Source: Nemertoderma westbladi
Taxonomy: Eukaryota > Animalia > Xenacoelomorpha
DNA: 64,000 bases
Assembly (NCBI GenBank): GCA_032718475.1
Contig: JAUCBJ010009144.1
Location: forward strand, 74,841 to 138,840
Direction: 5' to 3'
Shown here piece after piece: positions 15,601 to 29,116 of the stretch. Each line of letters starts with the position of its first letter. Within the stretch, counting starts at the first letter, position 1. The translations under genes were made by a program, and so were the position numbers. Below the pieces are notes generated by a model, which saw nothing but the letters and a program-made list of their open reading frames with translations, searched no databases and had not been told where the DNA came from.

Positions 15601-18600
15601 CTCCCTATTAATATTGCTGTGTTCTAGAATATTTATTATTGTTTCATCGTATTGCTAAAGTGGCTGGAGCTAAAGTTATTATTTAATGCAAATATCTCAG
15701 CTATTTCATGAAAATAATGAAGTATTAAAGCCATGTCAAAATCATTGGTGTTTTTCTGCAATAATTTATCAAAATATCCTCTGATTTTTTTCAAAAACCA
15801 TATCGATTTTCATATTTATAACTTCTATCCCACTCCACGAGATAGAGAATCTTAAATGAAAGTCAAAAGAACAGGTAACACTTACATTTAAAGAAGTAAT
15901 CAGCTGTTATTTGCTACGTCTTTCCGCTGGAGATGGATGAATTTTGATTGCGTTGGAACACCCCCTATCTCACCCCTTATCTGTGGCTGTATGAGTGGAG
16001 AGATAAGTAGCCTATCTCCCTATTAATATTGTTGTGTTCTAGAATATTTATTATTGTTTCATCGTATTGCTAAAGTGGCTGGAGCTAAAGTTATTATGTA
16101 ATGCAATAATTCACCTCAAATATCACAGCTATTTCATGAACATAATGAAGTATTAAAGCCATGTCAAAATACATGGTGTTTTTCTGTAATAATTTATCAA
16201 AATATCCTCTGATTTTTTTTAAAAACCATATCGATTTTCTAATTTATATCTTCTAACCCACTCCACGAGATAGAGAATCTTAAATGAAAGTCCAAAGAAC
16301 AGGTAACACTTACATTTATAGAAGTAATCAGCTGTTATTTGCTACGTCTTTCCGCTGAAGATGAATGAATTTTGATTGGGTCAGAACACCCCCTATCTGT
16401 GGTTGTATGCGTGGAGAGATAAGTAGCCTATCTCCCTATTAATATTGCTGTGTTCTAGAATATTTATTATTGTTTCATCGTATTGCTAAAGTGGCTGGAG
16501 CTAAAGTTATTATTTAATGCAAATATCTCAGCTATTTCATGAAAATAATGAAGTATTAAAGCCATGTCAAAATCATTGGTGTTTTTCTGCAATAATTTAT
16601 CAAAATATCCTCTGATTTTTTTCAAAAACCATATCGATTTTCATATTTATAACGTCTATCCCACTCCACGAGATAGAGAATCTTAAATGAACGTCAAAAC
16701 AACAGGTAACACTTACATTTATAGAAGTAATCAGCTGTTATTTGCTACGTCTTTCAGCTGGAGATGGATGAATTTTGATTGCGTTGGAACACCCCCTATC
16801 TGTGGCTGTATGAGTGGAGAGATAAGTAGCCTATCTCCCTATTAATATTGTTGTGTTCTAGAATATTTATTATTGTTTCATCGTATTGCTAAAGTGGCTG
16901 GAGCTAAAGTTATTATGTAATGCAATAATTCACCTCAAATATCACAGCTATTTCATGAACATAATGAAGTATTAAAGCCATGTCAAAATACACGGTGTTT
17001 TTCTGTAATAATTTATCAAAATATCCTCTGATTTTTTTTAAAAACCATATCGATTTTCTAATTTATATCTTCTAACCCACTCCACGAGATAGAGAATCTT
17101 AAATGAAAGTCAAAAGAACAGGTAACACTTACATTTATAGAAGTAATCAGCTGTTATTTGCTACGTCTTTCCGCTGAAGATGAATGAATTTTGATTGGGT
17201 CAGAACACCCCCTATCTGTGGTTGTATGCGTGGAGAGATAAGTAGCCTATCTCCCTATTAATATTGCTGTGTTCTAGAATATTTATTATTGTTTCATCGT
17301 ATTGCTAAAGTGGCTGGAGCTAAAGTTATTATTTAATGCAAATATCTCAGCAATTTCATGAAAATAATGAAGTATTAAAGCCATGTCAAAATCATTGGTG
17401 TTTTTCTGCAATAATTTATCAAAATATCCTCTGATTTTTTTCAAAAACCATATCGATTTTCATATTTATAACGTCTATCCCACTCCACGAGATAGAGAAT
17501 CTTAAATGAACGTCAAAACAACAGGTAACACTTACATTTATAGAAGTAATCAGCTGTTATTTGCTACGTCTTTCATCTGGAAATGGATGAATTTTGATTG
17601 TGTCAAAAAAAAACCCTATCTGTGGCTTTCTGAGTGGAGAGATAAGTAGCCTATCTCCCAGTTAATATTGTTGTGTTCTAGAATATTTATTATAGTTTTA
17701 TCGTATTGCCAAAGTGACTGGAGCTGAAGTTAACTCATAATACAATAATTCACCTCAATTTTGATTGTGTCAGTACACCCCCTATCTGTGGATGTCTGAG
17801 TGGAGAGATAAGTAGCTTATCTCCCTATTAATATTGTTGTGTTCTAGAATATTTATTATAGTTTCATCGCATTGCTAAAGTGGCTGGAGCTAAAGTTATT
17901 ATGTAATGCAATAATTGACCTCAAATATCTCAGCTATTTCATGAACATAATGAAGTATTAAAGCCATGTCAAAATCCTTGGTGTTTTTCTGCAATAGTTT
18001 ATAAAAATATCCTCTGATTCTTTACTATAACCATATCGATTTTAATATTTATAACTTCTAACCCACTCCACGAGATAGATAATCTTAAATGAAAATCAAA
18101 AGAACAGGTAACACTTACATTTATAGAAGTAATCAGCTGTTATTTGCTACGTCTTTCCGCTGGAGATGGATTAATTTTGATTGCGTTGGAACACCCCCTA
18201 TCTGTCGCTTTCTGGGTGGAGAGATAAGTATCCTATCTCCCTATTAATATTGTTGTGTTCTAGAATATTTATTATAGTTTCATCGTATTGCTAAAGTGGC
18301 AGGAGCTAAAGTTATTATGTAATGCAATAATTGACCTCAAATATCTCAGCTATTTCATGAACATAATGAAGTATTAAAGCCATGTCAAAATCCTTGGTGT
18401 TTTTCTGCAATAATTTATAAAAATATCCTCTGATTCTTTACTATAACCATATCGATTTTAATATTTATAACTTCAAACCCACTCCACGAGATAGATAATC
18501 TTAAATGAAAATCAAAAGAACAGGTAACACTTACATTTATAGAAGTAATCAGCTGTTATTTGCTACGTCTTTCCGCTGGAGATGGATTAATTTTGATTGC

Positions 18601-21600
18601 TTTGGAACACCCCCTATCTGTCGCTTTCTGGGTGGAGAGATAAGTATCCTATCTCCCTATTAATATTGCTGTGTTCTAGAATATTTATTATTGTTTCATC
18701 GTATTGCTAAAGTGGCTGGAGCTAAAATTATTATGTAATGCAATAATTCACCTCAAATATCTCAGCTATTTCATGAACATAATGAAGTATTAAAGCCATG
18801 TCAAAATAATTGATGTTTTTCTGCAATAATTTATCAAAATATCCTCTGATTCTTTACTATAACCATATCGATTTTAATATTTATAACTTCTAACCCACTC
18901 CACGAGATAGATAATCTTAAATGAAAATCAAAAGAACAGGTAACACTTACATTTATAGAAGTAATCAGCTGTTATTTGCTACGTCTTTCCGCTGGAGATG
19001 GATGAATTTTGATTGTGTCAGAACACCCCTATCTGTGGCTGTCTGAGTTGAGAGATAAGTAGCCTATCTCCCTATTAATATTGTTGTGTTCTAGAATATT
19101 TATTATAGTTTCATCGCATTGCTAAAGTGGCTGGAGCTAAAGTTATTATGTAATGCAATAATTGACCTCAAATATCTCAGCTATTTCATGAACATAATGA
19201 AGTATTAAATCCATGTCAAAATCCTTGTTATTTTTCTGCAATAATTTATCAAAATATCCTCTGATTTTTTTCAAAAACCATATCAATTTTCATATTTATA
19301 ACTTCTATCCCACTCCACGAGATAAAGTATCTTAAATGAAAGTCAAAAGAACAGGTAACACTTACATTTATAGAAGTAATCAGCTGTTATTTGCTACGTC
19401 TTTCCGCTGGAGATGGATTAATTTTGATTGCGTTGGAACACCCCCTATCTGTGGCTTTCTGAGTGGAGAGATAAGTATCCTATCTCCCTATTAATATTGT
19501 TGTGTTCTAGAATATTTTTTATAGTTTCATCGTATTGCCAAAGTGACTAGAGCTGAAGTTAACTCATAATACAATAATTCACCTCAAATATATCAGCTAT
19601 TTCATGAACATAATGAAGTATTAAAGCCATGTCAAAATCATTGGTGTTTTTCTGCAATAATTTATCAAAATATCCTCTGATTTTTTTCAAAAACCACATC
19701 GATTTTCTTATTTATAACTTCTATCCCACTCCACGAGATAGAGAATCTTAAATGAACGTCAAAAGAACAGGTAACACTTACATTTATAGCAGTAATCAGC
19801 TGTTATTTGCTACGTCTTTCCGCTGGAGATGGATGAATTTTGATTGCGTTGGAACACCCCCTATCTGTGGCTTTCTGAGTGGAGAGATAAGTATTCTATC
19901 TCCCTATTAATATTGTTGTGTTCTAGAATATTTTTTATAGTTTCATCGTATTGCCAAAGTGACTAGAGCTGAAGTTAACTCATAATACAATAATTCACCT
20001 CAAATATCTCAGCTATTTCATGAACATAATGAAGTATTAAAGCCATGTCAAAATCATTGGTGTTTTTCTGCAATAATTTATCAAAATATCCTCTGATTTT
20101 TTCAAAAACCACATCGATTTTCTTATTTATAACTTCTATCCCACTCCACGAGATAGAGAATCTTAAATGAACGTCAAAAGAACAGGTAACACTTACATTT
20201 ATAGCAGTAATCAGCTGTTATTTGCTACGTCTTTCCGCTGGAGATGGATGAATTTTGATTGCGTTGGAACACCCCCTATCTGTGGCTGTCTGAGTGGAGA
20301 GATAAGTAGCCTATCTCCCTGTTAATATTGTTGTGTTCTAGAATATTTTTTATAGTTTCATCGTATTGCCAAAGTGACTAGACTGAAGTTACTCATAATA
20401 CAATAATTCACCTCAAATATCTCAGCTATTTATGAACATAATGAAGTATTAAAGCCATGTCAAAATCATTGGTGTTTTTCTGCAATAATTTATCAAAATA
20501 TCCTCTGATTCTTTACTATAACCATATCGATTTTAATATTTATAACTTCTAACCCACTCCACGAGATAGATAATCTTAAATGAAAATCAAAAGAACAGGT
20601 AACACTTACATTTATAGATGTAATCAGCTGTTATTTGCTACGTCTTTCCGCTGGAGATGGATGAATTTTGATTGTGTCAGAACACCCCCTATCTGTGGCT
20701 TTCTGAGTGGAGAGATAAGTAGCCTATCTCCCTATTAATATTGTTGTGTTCTAGAATATTTTTTATAGTTTCATCGTATTGCCAAAGTGACTAGAGCTGA
20801 AGTTGTCTCATAATACAATAATTCACCTCAAATATCTCAGCTATTTCATGAACATAGTGAAGTATTAAATCCTGTCAAAATCCTTGGTATTTTTCTGCAA
20901 TAATTTATCAAAATATCCTATAACCATATCGATTTTAATATTTATAACTTCTAACCCACTCCACGAGATAGATAATCTTAAATGAAAATCAAAAGAACAG
21001 GTAACACTTACATTTATAGAAGTAATCAGCTGTTATTTGCTACGTCTTTCCGCTGGAGATGGATGAATTTTGATTGTGTCAGAACACCCCCTATCTGTGG
21101 CTGTCTGAGTGGAGAGATAAGTAGCCTATCTCCCTGTTAATATTGTTGTGTTCTAGAATATTTATTATTGTTTCATCGTATTGCTAAAGTGGCTGGAGCT
21201 AAAATTATTTCATGAACATAATGAAGTATTAAAGCCATGTCAAAATAATTGGTGTTTTTCTGCAATAATTTATCAAAATATCCTATAACCATATCGATTT
21301 TAATATTTATAACTTCTAACCCACTCCACGAGATAGATAATCTTAAATGAAAATCAAAAGAACAGGTAACACTTACATTTATAGAAGTAATCAGCTGTTA
21401 TTTGCTACGTCTTTCCGCTGGAGATGGATGAATTTTGATTGTGTCAGAACACCCCTATCTGTGGCTGTCTGAGTTGAGAGATAAGTAGCCAATCTCCCTA
21501 TTAATATTGTTGTGTTCTAGAATATTTATTATAGTTTCATCGCATTGCTAAAGTGGCTGGAGCTAAAGTTATTATGTAATGCAATAATTGACCTCAAATA

Positions 21601-21634
21601 TCTCAGCTATTTCATGAACATAATGAAGTATTAA

Positions 21635-23186
21635 CCCTATTAAACCCGGGGGGGGGTCAATATGACCCCTCCCATGGTTTTTTTATTATAATTCTGAAAC
21701 AAACGCAGTTGGGAATCTGAAATTTTATGACTTTTCCTAAAAATCTATTGTCTTCCTAGTAGTGAAAACCGTTTTCAAAAATATTGGGTACTTTTCGAGT
21801 TATAGCACCATTTTTTAACCCTACTTTTGGCACTTTTTTTGAGACGTTTTTTGAAAATTACATTTCATTAAATATGAATTGTAACATCTCTATTTTTGAT
21901 TTACACCGGTTTTTTGGTGTTAGAAATTTGATGGAATTCATATCAATTGATTTAGAAATTTCAAACTTGTATTTTTCGGCGGGTACCAAATTTTGGTGCC
22001 AGCACCAAATTTTGAAATAAGTCAATTTTGTAAATTGAACGTTTGAAACTTGTTTTTTACGCAATTGGGGTTTTTTGGGTTTCTGGATTCGATGAAATAT
22101 ATACGAGTTGCACCAAGCGTATCAAACTTGTATTTTTCGGTGCTGTGTGCAAATTTTGGTGCTAGCACGAAATTTTGAAAATCCATTCAATAGATAAAAT
22201 TGCTTGTGACAATTTATTTCTTGCGTTTTAGAGGTTTATGGCTGTTCTGAATTCAATGGAAAATATAATTATCGAACTAGACATCTCAAACTTGTATTTT
22301 TCGGATGTGGGTGCAAAATGTGGTGCTAGCACCAAATTTTGAAAACCATCAAATATATCAATTGATTGTGTCACCTTGTTTCTTGCGTTATACGGGTTTG
22401 TGATGGTTCTGAATTCAATGGAATCAGTAAAAATTTCATAAGAGTTCTCAAACTTGTATTTTTCGCCGGTGGGTGAAAATTGTTGTGCCAGCACCAAATT
22501 TTGGAAAATATGCAAATTGATAAGTAGATAGTATCACCTTGTTTCTTGCGTTATACGGGTTTATGAGGGTCCTGAATCCGATGGAATCAATAAAAACAGC
22601 ACTGGACATCGCAAACTTGTACTTTTTGGTGATGGGTACGAAATTTGGTGCTAGCACCAAAATTTGCCAAATTACGCCGAAAAATACAAGTAGCAATGAT
22701 CTGGCAGATTAGAAATGTATTCCATTAGAATCAGCACCCTCGAAAACCTGAAAATGTGAATTTATGGCATCGTATAAGTGAATTAAAAATTTTGTGTTCT
22801 AACTGAAAAGTGCTGGTTACTTGTTTTTTTCATTTTTTTCCTACGCAGAGAGGACTAAACAGCCATTTATAGTAATCATATCATTTTTTAATATTTTCCA
22901 ATGTATTTTGCACCCCAGAAAACCTGTATTGAAAAATAATTAGCCGAAAATGTAACTTTCAAATTTGGTGAAAATTGTGCACTACTTGTAATTTTGGTGC
23001 TGCAATATAACCACCCCAGTACATTTTTTCGAAAATTTTTTTTTTCGGTCGGATCCAGACAAGTGAGACCTACGTACAAACAAAAAATCAGACGTTTTCG
23101 TAAATATTTCTAGATTTTAGAGGGGGGGGTCAATATGACCCCCCCCCGGTATTTGTACAACATTTTATAGCCCGGTACTAATAGGG
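21635..23186. mobile_element. Non-autonomous piggyBac-like element, family B, copy 1 (1552 bp)
   Basis: TTAA at 21631-21634 and 23187-23190 duplicates the satellite's GTATTAAATCC site. Ends are CCCTATTA/TAATAGGG, with a G-run-TCAATATGA-C-run palindrome near both ends. No transposase ORF. Confidence 0.9.
21900..22680. repeat. Five diverged ~162-bp internal repeats in family B
   Basis: CAAACTTGTA(T/C)TTTT at 21962, 22123, 22287, 22449 and 22612, each followed by GTGC(T/C)AGCAC and an AAAT T-run. Confidence 0.85.
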
Positions 23187-25205
23187 TTAAATCCATGTCA
23201 AAATCCTTGTTATTTTTCTGCAATAATTTATCAAAATATCCTCTGATTTTTTTCAAATACCATATCAATTTTCATATTTATAACTTCTATCCCACTCCAC
23301 GAGATAAAGAATCTTAAATGAAAGTCAAAAGAACAGGTAACACTGACATTTATAGAAGTAATCAGCTGTTATTTGCTACGTCTTTCCACTGGAGATGGAT
23401 GAATTTTGATTGCGTCAGAACACCCCCTATCTGTGGCTGTCTGAGTTGAGAGATAAGTAGCCTATATCCCTATTAATATTGTTGTGTTCTAGAATATTTA
23501 TTATAGTTTCATCGTATTGCTAAAGTGGCAGGAGCTAAAGTTATTATGTAATGCAATATTTTACCTCAAATATCTCAGCTATTTCATGAAAATAATGAAG
23601 TATTAAAGCCATGTCAAAATCCTTGGTGTTTTTCTGCAATAATTTATCAAAATATCCTCTGATTTTTTACAAAAACCATATCGATTGTCATATTTATAAC
23701 TTCTATCCCACTCCATGAGATAGAGAATCTTAAATGAACGTCAAAAGAACAGGTAACACTTACATTTATAGAAGTAATCAGCTGTTATTTGCTGTGTCTT
23801 TCTGCTGGAGATGGATGAATTTTGATTGCGTTGGAACACCCCCTATCTGTGGCTGTCTGAGTGGAGAGATAAGTAGCCTATCTCCCTGTTAATATTGTTG
23901 TGTTCTAGAATATTTTTTATAGTTTCATCGTATTGCCAAAGTTACTAGACCTGAAGTTAACTCATAATACAATAATTCACCTCAAATATCTCAGCTATTT
24001 GATGAACATAATGAAGTATTAAAGCCATGTCAAAATCCTTGGTATTTTTCTGCAATAATTTATCAAAATATCCTCTGATTCTTTACTATAACCATATCGA
24101 TTTTAATATTTATAACTTCTAACCCACTCCACGAGATAGATAATCTTAAATCAAAATCAAAAGAACAGGTAACACTTACATTTATAGATGTAATCAGTTG
24201 TTATTTGCTACGTCTTTCCGCTGGAGATGGATGAATTTTGATTGTGTCAGAACACCCCCTATCTGTGGCTTTCTGAGTGGAGAGATAAGTAGCCTATCTC
24301 CCTATTAATATTGTTGTGTTCTAGAATATTTTTTATAGTTTCATCGTATTGCCAAAGTGACTAGAGCTGAAGTTGTCTCATAATACAATAATTCACCTCA
24401 AATATCTCAGCTATTTCATGAACATAGTGAAGTATTAAATCCCTGTCAAAATCCTTGGTATTTTTCTGCAATAATTTATCAAAATATCCTATAACCATAT
24501 CGATTTTAATATTTATAACTTCTAACCCACTCCACGAGATAGATAATCTTAAATGAAAATCAAAAGAACAGGTAACACTTACATTTATAGAAGTAATCAG
24601 CTGTTATTTGCTACGTCTTTCCGCTGGAGATGGATGAATTTTGATTGTGTCAGAACACCCCCTATCTGTGGCTGTCTGAGTGGAGAGATAAGTAGCCTAT
24701 CTCCCTGTTAATATTGTTGTGTTCTAGAATATTTATTATTGTTTCATCGTATTGCTAAAGTGGCTGGAGCTAAAATTATTTCATGAACATAATGAAGTAT
24801 TAAAGCCATGTCAAAATAATTGGTGTTTTTCTGCAATAATTTATCAAAATATCCTATAACCATATCGATTTTAATATTTATAACTTCTAACCCACTCCAC
24901 GAGATAGATAATCTTAAATGAAAATCAAAAGAACAGGTAACACTTACATTTATAGAAGTAATCAGCTGTTATTTGCTACGTCTTTCCGCTGGAGATGGAT
25001 GAATTTTGATTGTGTCAGAACACCCCTATCTGTGGCTGTCTGAGTTGAGAGATAAGTAGCCAATCTCCCTATTAATATTGTTGTGTTCTAGAATATTTAT
25101 TATAGTTTCATCGCATTGCTAAAGTGGCTGGAGCTAAAGTTATTATGTAATGCAATAATTGACCTCAAATATCTCAGCTATTTCATGAACATAATGAAGT
25201 ATTAA

Positions 25206-26757
25206 CCCTATTAAACCCGGGGGGGGGTCAATATGACCCCTCCCATGGTTTTTTTATTATAATTCTGAAACAAACGCAGTTGGGAATCTGAAATTTTATG
25301 ACTTTTCCTAAAAATCTATTGTCTTCCTAGTAGTGAAAACCGTTTTCAAAAATATTGGGTACTTTTCGAGTTATAGCACCATTTTTTAACCCTACTTTTG
25401 GCACTTTTTTTGAGACGTTTTTTGAAAATTACATTTCATTAAATATGAATTGTAACATCTCTATTTTTGATTTACACCGGTTTTTTGGTGTTAGAAATTT
25501 GATGGAATTCATATCAATTGATTTAGAAATTTCAAACTTGTATTTTTCGGCGGGTACCAAATTTTGGTGCCAGCACCAAATTTTGAAATAAGTCAATTTT
25601 GTAAATTGAACGTTTGAAACTTGTTTTTTACGCAATTGGGGTTTTTTGGGTTTCTGGATTCGATGAAATATATACGAGTTGCACCAAGCGTATCAAACTT
25701 GTATTTTTCGGTGCTGTGTGCAAATTTTGGTGCTAGCACGAAATTTTGAAAATCCATTCAATAGATAAAATTGCTTGTGACAATTTATTTCTTGCGTTTT
25801 AGAGGTTTATGGCTGTTCTGAATTCAATGGAAAATATAATTATCGAACTAGACATCTCAAACTTGTATTTTTCGGATGTGGGTGCAAAATGTGGTGCTAG
25901 CACCAAATTTTGAAAACCATCAAATATATCAATTGATTGTGTCACCTTGTTTCTTGCGTTATACGGGTTTGTGATGGTTCTGAATTCAATGGAATCAGTA
26001 AAAATTTCATAAGAGTTCTCAAACTTGTATTTTTCGCCGGTGGGTGAAAATTGTTGTGCCAGCACCAAATTTTGGAAAATATGCAAATTGATAAGTAGAT
26101 AGTATCACCTTGTTTCTTGCGTTATACGGGTTTATGAGGGTCCTGAATCCGATGGAATCAATAAAAACAGCACTGGACATCGCAAACTTGTACTTTTTGG
26201 TGATGGGTACGAAATTTGGTGCTAGCACCAAAATTTGCCAAATTACGCCGAAAAATACAAGTAGCAATGATCTGGCAGATTAGAAATGTATTCCATTAGA
26301 ATCAGCACCCTCGAAAACCTGAAAATGTGAATTTATGGCATCGTATAAGTGAATTAAAAATTTTGTGTTCTAACTGAAAAGTGCTGGTTACTTGTTTTTT
26401 TCATTTTTTTCCTACGCAGAGAGGACTAAACAGCCATTTATAGTAATCATATCATTTTTTAATATTTTCCAATGTATTTTGCACCCCAGAAAACCTGTAT
26501 TGAAAAATAATTAGCCGAAAATGTAACTTTCAAATTTGGTGAAAATTGTGCACTACTTGTAATTTTGGTGCTGCAATATAACCACCCCAGTACATTTTTT
26601 CGAAAATTTTTTTTTTCGGTCGGATCCAGACAAGTGAGACCTACGTACAAACAAAAAATCAGACGTTTTCGTAAATATTTCTAGATTTTAGAGGGGGGGG
26701 TCAATATGACCCCCCCCCGGTATTTGTACAACATTTTATAGCCCGGTACTAATAGGG
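25206..26757. mobile_element. Non-autonomous piggyBac-like element, family B, copy 2 (1552 bp)
   Basis: TTAA at 25202-25205 and 26758-26761. Appears identical to copy 1 at offset 3571; its five ORF-track peptides are identical. Confidence 0.9.
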
Positions 26758-29016
26758 TTAAATCCATGTCAAAATCCTTGTTATTTTTCTGCAATAATTT
26801 ATCAAAATATCCTCTGATTTTTTTCAAATACCATATCAATTTTCATATTTATAACTTCTATCCCACTCCACGAGATAAAGAATCTTAAATGAAAGTCAAA
26901 AGAACAGGTAACACTGACATTTATAGAAGTAATCAGCTGTTATTTGCTACGTCTTTCCACTGGAGATGGATGAATTTTGATTGCGTCAGAACACCCCCTA
27001 TCTGTGGCTGTCTGAGTTGAGAGATAAGTAGCCTATATCCCTATTAATATTGTTGTGTTCTAGAATATTTATTATAGTTTCATCGTATTGCTAAAGTGGC
27101 AGGAGCTAAAGTTATTATGTAATGCAATATTTTACCTCAAATATCTCAGCTATTTCATGAAAATAATGAAGTATTAAAGCCATGTCAAAATCCTTGGTGT
27201 TTTTCTGCAATAATTTATCAAAATATCCTCTGATTTTTTACAAAAACCATATCGATTGTCATATTTATAACTTCTATCCCACTCCATGAGATAGAGAATC
27301 TTAAATGAACGTCAAAAGAACAGGTAACACTTACATTTATAGAAGTAATCAGTTGTTATTTGCTACGTCTTTCCGCTGGAGATGGATGAATTTTGATTGT
27401 GTCAGAACACCCCCTATCTGTGGCTTTCTGAGTGGAGAGATAAGTAGCCTATCTCCCTATTAATATTGTTGTGTTCTAGAATATTTTTTATAGTTTCATC
27501 GTATTGCCAAAGTGACTAGAGCTGAAGTTGTCTCATAATACAATAATTCACCTCAAATATCTCAGCTATTTCATGAACATAGTGAAGTATTAAATCCCTG
27601 TCAAAATCCTTGGTATTTTTCTGCAATAATTTATCAAAATATCCTCTGATTTTTTTCAAAAACCATATCAATTTTCATATTTATAACTTCTATCCCACTC
27701 CACGAGATAGAGAATCTTAAATGAACGTCAAAAGAACAGGTAACACTTACATTTATAGAAGTAATCAGCTGTTATTTGCTACGTCTTTCCGCTGGAGATG
27801 GATGAATTTTGATTGCGTTGGAACACCCCCTATCTGTGGCTTTCTGAGTGGAGAGATAAGTATCCTATCTCCCTATTAATATTGTTGTGTTCTAGAATAT
27901 TCTTTATTGTTTCATCGTATTGCCAAAGTGACTAGAGCTGAAGTTAACTCATAATACAATAATTCACCTCAAATATCTCAGCTATTTCATGAACATAATG
28001 AAGTATTAATTTAATTTTCTGCAATAATTTATCAAAATATCCTCTGATTTTTATCAAAAACCACATCGATTTTCTTATTTATATCTTCTAACCCACTCCA
28101 CGAGATAGAGAATCTTAAATGAAAGTCAAAAGAACAGGTAACACTTACATTTATAGAAGTAATCAGCTGTTATTTGCTACGTCTTTCCGCTGGAGATGGA
28201 TTAATTTTGATTGTGTTGGAACACCCCCTATCTGTGGCTTTCTGGGTGGAGAGATAAGTATCCTATCTCCCTATTAATATTGCTGTGTTCTAGAATATTT
28301 ATTATTGTTTCATCGTATTGCTAAAGTGGCTGGAGCTAGAATTATTATGTAATGCAATAATTCATTCAAAATCATTGGTGTTTTTCTGCAATAATTTATC
28401 AAAATATCCTCTGATTTTTTTCAAAAACCATATCGATTTTCATATTTATAACTTCTATCCCACTCCACGAGATAGAGAATCTTAAATGAACGTCAAAACA
28501 ACAGGTAACACTTACATTTATAGAAGTAATCAGCTGTTATTTGCTACGTCTTTCAGCTGGAGATGGATGAATTTTGATTGTGTCAAAAAAAACCCTATCT
28601 GTGGCTTTCTGAGTGGAGAGATAAGTAGCCTATCTCCCAGTTAATATTGTTGTGTTCTAGAATATTTATTATAGTTTTATCGTATTGCCAAAGTGACTGG
28701 AGCTGAAGTTAACTCATAATACAATAATTCACCTCAATTTTGATTGTGTCAGAACACCCCCTATCTGTGGATGTCTGAGTGGAGAGATAAGTAGCCTATC
28801 TCCCTATTAATATTGTTGTGTTCTAGAATATTTATTATAGTTTCATCGCATTGCTAAAGTGGCTGGAGCTAAAGTTATTATGTAATGCAATAATTGACCT
28901 CAAATATCTCAGCTATTTCATGAACAACATAATGAAGTATTAAAGCCATGTCAAAATCCTTGGTATTTTTATGCAATAATTTATCAAAATATCCTCTGAT
29001 TTTTTTCAAACACCAT

Positions 29017-29116
29017 NNNNNNNNNNNNNNNNNNNNNNNNNNNNNNNNNNNNNNNNNNNNNNNNNNNNNNNNNNNNNNNNNNNNNNNNNNNNNNNNNNNN
29101 NNNNNNNNNNNNNNNN
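29017..29116. other. Assembly gap (100 N)
   Basis: Exactly 100 N, a typical unknown-size scaffold join. Satellite phase is discontinuous across it. Confidence 0.97.

Noticed and set aside
21784-26650. ORFs within family B (and 41826-42014 in family A) as transposase
   Set aside because: They are short, derive from internal repeats and have no DDD catalytic motifs.
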